From Desulfatiglandales bacterium (lineage in GTDB: Bacteria > Desulfobacterota > DSM-4660 > Desulfatiglandales > HGW-15): 64,000 nucleotides of DNA. Positions 61,151 to 64,000 of this stretch are shown in pieces (the stretch's first letter is position 1; each line of letters begins with the position of its first letter). Under the pieces are notes generated by a model. It was not told where the DNA came from, made no database searches, and saw nothing but the letters and a program-made list of their open reading frames with translations. Both the position numbers and the translations under genes were made by a program. The stretch covers positions 992,001 through 1,056,000 of the forward strand of contig CAXXJJ010000004.1 in NCBI GenBank assembly GCA_963667015.2, written 5' to 3'.

Positions 61151-61813
61151 ATGAAAGACATAAGACACTTTGAATCAATGTATGAAAAAAAACGATCACC
61201 AATTAATTTTTTAACATTCAATACTTTTAAATTGATTATTTCTGTAACCTTTCTTGTCACTGTTTTCAGTCAGACTGCCCTCGCAGACGATAAGACTGAT
61301 GTTGAGAACCTGCTGAAGGAGAGAATTGATAACATAGTTGCCGCACTGGAAAACAAGGATCTTGCTAATGAGATTAAAGAGGAGAAGATTGAAAATATTA
61401 TCAAACCGATTATTAATTTTCCTTTAATGTCAATGCTGGTTCTGGGAAAAGAAGCCTGGACATCCCTGCCGGAAAAAGATCAAAAAAGATTTGTTGAACT
61501 GTTCGCAAAGACAATAAAACAGACCCTCATCAATAAAATACTGAATTTTGTCGATGAAAAAGTCATAATTGAAACTTCTGATCTGGTTAGTAATAAAAAG
61601 GTCAATGTTTCTATCTCTATTGTATCTAAAGATAAAAATATTCCTATACTGTTTAAGTTTTATCGATCAGGTAACGAATGGAACATTTATGATGTTGAAA
61701 TCGAAGGTGTCAGTATCCTGAAAAATTTTAAAGCTCAGTTTACGGATAGTTTACAGGACATGACGGCCCAGGAACTCATCGTTAAGATGGAAAAATCAGA
61801 TTCATCCAAGTAA
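61151..61813 (+). CDS. MlaC/Ttg2D family phospholipid-binding protein
   Basis: Signal-like segment, INFPLMSMLVLG..W, and WNIYDVEIEGVSILKNFKAQF. Confidence 0.88.
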   Translation: MKDIRHFESMYEKKRSPINFLTFNTFKLIISVTFLVTVFSQTALADDKTDVENLLKERIDNIVAALENKDLANEIKEEKIENIIKPIINFPLMSMLVLGKEAWTSLPEKDQKRFVELFAKTIKQTLINKILNFVDEKVIIETSDLVSNKKVNVSISIVSKDKNIPILFKFYRSGNEWNIYDVEIEGVSILKNFKAQFTDSLQDMTAQELIVKMEKSDSSK

Positions 61814-61834
61814 CTTATATCAATAATTATTAAT

Positions 61835-64000
61835 ATGACATCACAACAATCCCTGATAGTAAAATTATATGAGAAGGTCATTCTGAAATGGCCGGTGCTA
61901 GTTCTGATATGCGTATCCCTGGGGATAGCCTTCCTGGGCTACCATTCAAAGGATTTCAAATTAGATGCATCCGCAGAAACCCTGGTTGTTGAAGGGGACA
62001 AAGATTTAAAGTATTCCCGACTGATCGACTCGCGCTATGCCCTGAGTGATTATTTAGTAGTGGCTGTCACGCCGAAAAATGATCTTTTCGCTGACAGTAC
62101 GATCGCCGAACTGTCCCGGCTTCAGAGTGAGCTGGAGAAGCTGGAGGGGGTAGAATCTATAAATTCCATTTTAAATGTTCCGCTTGTGGAAAGTCCTCCT
62201 GTTTCTATCACGGAACTTTCAAAAATTCAGACACTGGAATCCCCGACCGTCGATAAAGCCCTCGCACGCATCGAATTCGGCAACAGCCCGCTCTACCGGG
62301 ACAGGCTTGTCAGCCCGGACCTCAAGACAACGGCCCTGAGTCTCAATCTTCCGACAGACAAAAAGTATCAGGAACTGCTGCAAAAACGAAATCAGCTCCG
62401 CGAAAAGGAGGCTCTCGACTCCCTGACACAAGAAGAGACCGACGAATTCAGGGAGGTCACAACAGAGTTTCAGCAGCACCGGGATAAGATGAGAAAAGAC
62501 CGACATGAACTGATTAACAATGTCCGGGCTGTTATGGACGGTTATCGTCAGAATAATGACATCTTCCTTGGCGGTATCAGTATGATCACGGACGATATGA
62601 TCAGTTTTATTAAAAATGATCTGAAGCTTTTTGGACTGGGGGTTTTCTGCTTCCTGATCATCACCCTGGGAATTATCTTCAGGCGGCTGCGCTGGATACT
62701 CCTGCCGATGCTCTGCTGTCTCGTTTCGGTTCTTGCCATGATGGGCTTCCTTGGTTTATTTGACTGGGAGGTAACGGTTATCTCTTCCAACTTTATTTCT
62801 CTGCAGCTTATTATAACTATGGCTATTGCAATACATCTGATCGTACGATTCAGGGAGCTCCAATTGAAAAGGCCGGAAGATAATCACAGAACGCTTATCC
62901 TTGACACAGTTCACCAAATGAGTCAGCCCTGCCTGTACGCCGCCCTGACAACCATCGCAGGATTCAGCTCGCTCATATTCTGTGATATCAGGCCTGTCAT
63001 AACATTCGGGTGGATGATGTCAGCGGGAATCGTTGTATCACTGATTCTGACATTCCTCTTTTTTCCAACAGTACTCATGCTGATGAAAAAGCCGGCTCCC
63101 CAAAAGATTTCAAATTCCCATTTTTCTCTTGTTCCTCTATTGGCCCGATTTACAAAAAAGCATGGAAAATTTATCCTTATAATCAGTGTGGCAGCCTTTG
63201 TTTTAAGCGCCATCGGAATATCGATGCTGAAGGTTGAAAATTCTTTTATCGACTATTTCAAGAAATCAACTGAAATTTACCAGGGTATGAAGGTAATTGA
63301 TCAAAAACTTGGAGGCACCACACCTCTGGATGTGATTATTGACCTGCCGGAAAGCGAAGAAGAGAAACCAAACGCCGCTATAGAGAGTAAAGCGGAGGAG
63401 GATGATATATTTTCAGATTTCGAGGAGTTCGATAAAGAGGAAGACAATGAGAAGTACTGGCTAACATCCCATAAAGTTGAAAAGATTTTCCAGATACATG
63501 ACTATTTAGAGGCCCTTCCTGCGAGCGGAAAGGTGATGTCACTCGCCACACTCTTTAGATTAGGTATAATATTAAATGGCGGAGAGCCTCTGGATAACTA
63601 TGAACTGGCCTTGCTCTACAATGAACTGCCTGAGAAATATAAAGATATATTATTAAAACCTTACGCCTCCCCGGAGAATAACCAGCTCAGATTCAATCTG
63701 CGCGTCAAGGATTCTGAAAAATCTTTAAAACGAAACGAATTTCTGAAGAAGATCCAGCATGACCTGGTAGATAAAATGGATTTAGGAGAAGAAAATGTTC
63801 ATTTGACCGGAATGCTGGTCCTGTATAACAATATGCTTCAGAGCCTGTTCAAATCACAGATACTTACCATCGGAATAGTGCTGATAGTGTTAATGTTAAT
63901 GTTTTTTGTACTGTTCAAGTCCTTCAAAATCGCACTGATCGCCATTTTTCCAAACCTGCTTTCTGTGAGTATAGTTCTGGGAATGATGGGCTGGCTTGGT
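61835..64000 (+). CDS. MMPL/RND-family lipid transporter, truncated by the window end (not in the ORF track)
   Basis: Begins MTSQQSLIVKLYEKVILKWP...FKLDASAETL. Later motifs include LGGISMITDDM, ALTTIAGFSSL, IDQKLGGTTPLDV and LTGMLVLYNNMLQSLF. Confidence 0.9.
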   Translation, partial: MTSQQSLIVKLYEKVILKWPVLVLICVSLGIAFLGYHSKDFKLDASAETLVVEGDKDLKYSRLIDSRYALSDYLVVAVTPKNDLFADSTIAELSRLQSELEKLEGVESINSILNVPLVESPPVSITELSKIQTLESPTVDKALARIEFGNSPLYRDRLVSPDLKTTALSLNLPTDKKYQELLQKRNQLREKEALDSLTQEETDEFREVTTEFQQHRDKMRKDRHELINNVRAVMDGYRQNNDIFLGGISMITDDMISFIKNDLKLFGLGVFCFLIITLGIIFRRLRWILLPMLCCLVSVLAMMGFLGLFDWEVTVISSNFISLQLIITMAIAIHLIVRFRELQLKRPEDNHRTLILDTVHQMSQPCLYAALTTIAGFSSLIFCDIRPVITFGWMMSAGIVVSLILTFLFFPTVLMLMKKPAPQKISNSHFSLVPLLARFTKKHGKFILIISVAAFVLSAIGISMLKVENSFIDYFKKSTEIYQGMKVIDQKLGGTTPLDVIIDLPESEEEKPNAAIESKAEEDDIFSDFEEFDKEEDNEKYWLTSHKVEKIFQIHDYLEALPASGKVMSLATLFRLGIILNGGEPLDNYELALLYNELPEKYKDILLKPYASPENNQLRFNLRVKDSEKSLKRNEFLKKIQHDLVDKMDLGEENVHLTGMLVLYNNMLQSLFKSQILTIGIVLIVLMLMFFVLFKSFKIALIAIFPNLLSVSIVLGMMGWLG

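Overview
Chromosomal, mostly metabolic window. Gene content (split atp genes, HDOD, pta-ackA, sigma-54 promoters, URO-D-like and cupin families) suggests an anaerobic Desulfobacterota-type bacterium; this is an inference. In order, it holds: a BlaI-family repressor with a visible operator and promoter; two divergent ECF sigma/anti-sigma pairs; an SDR plus cupin-like cluster; a URO-D-like / xylose-isomerase-like / xylulokinase-like / GH3 sugar operon; an MFS, CII-like, Fe-ADH, LarA, UxaA(SAF+large), IlvD-like catabolic cluster; two adjacent candidate small selenoprotein genes, one of them missing from the ORF track; an F0-only, Na+-type ATP synthase operon with a normal and a triplicated c subunit; pta-ackA and a very divergent enolase; a GH13_18 phosphorylase; a MacAB-TolC-like system whose adaptor carries EF-hands; His6-type HisA; TrpB2; a YqeC-MocA fusion; a CoA-transferase; an uncharacterised glycyl-radical enzyme with SCP2-like partner and activase; and mlaC plus an MMPL transporter that runs off the end. 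Six genes are broken by single-base indels, mostly in short homopolymers, which probably reflects assembly error. No rRNA, tRNA, CRISPR array or intact transposase was seen. Several REP/MITE-like palindromes are present. All family calls come from motif recognition by eye, not from database searches.
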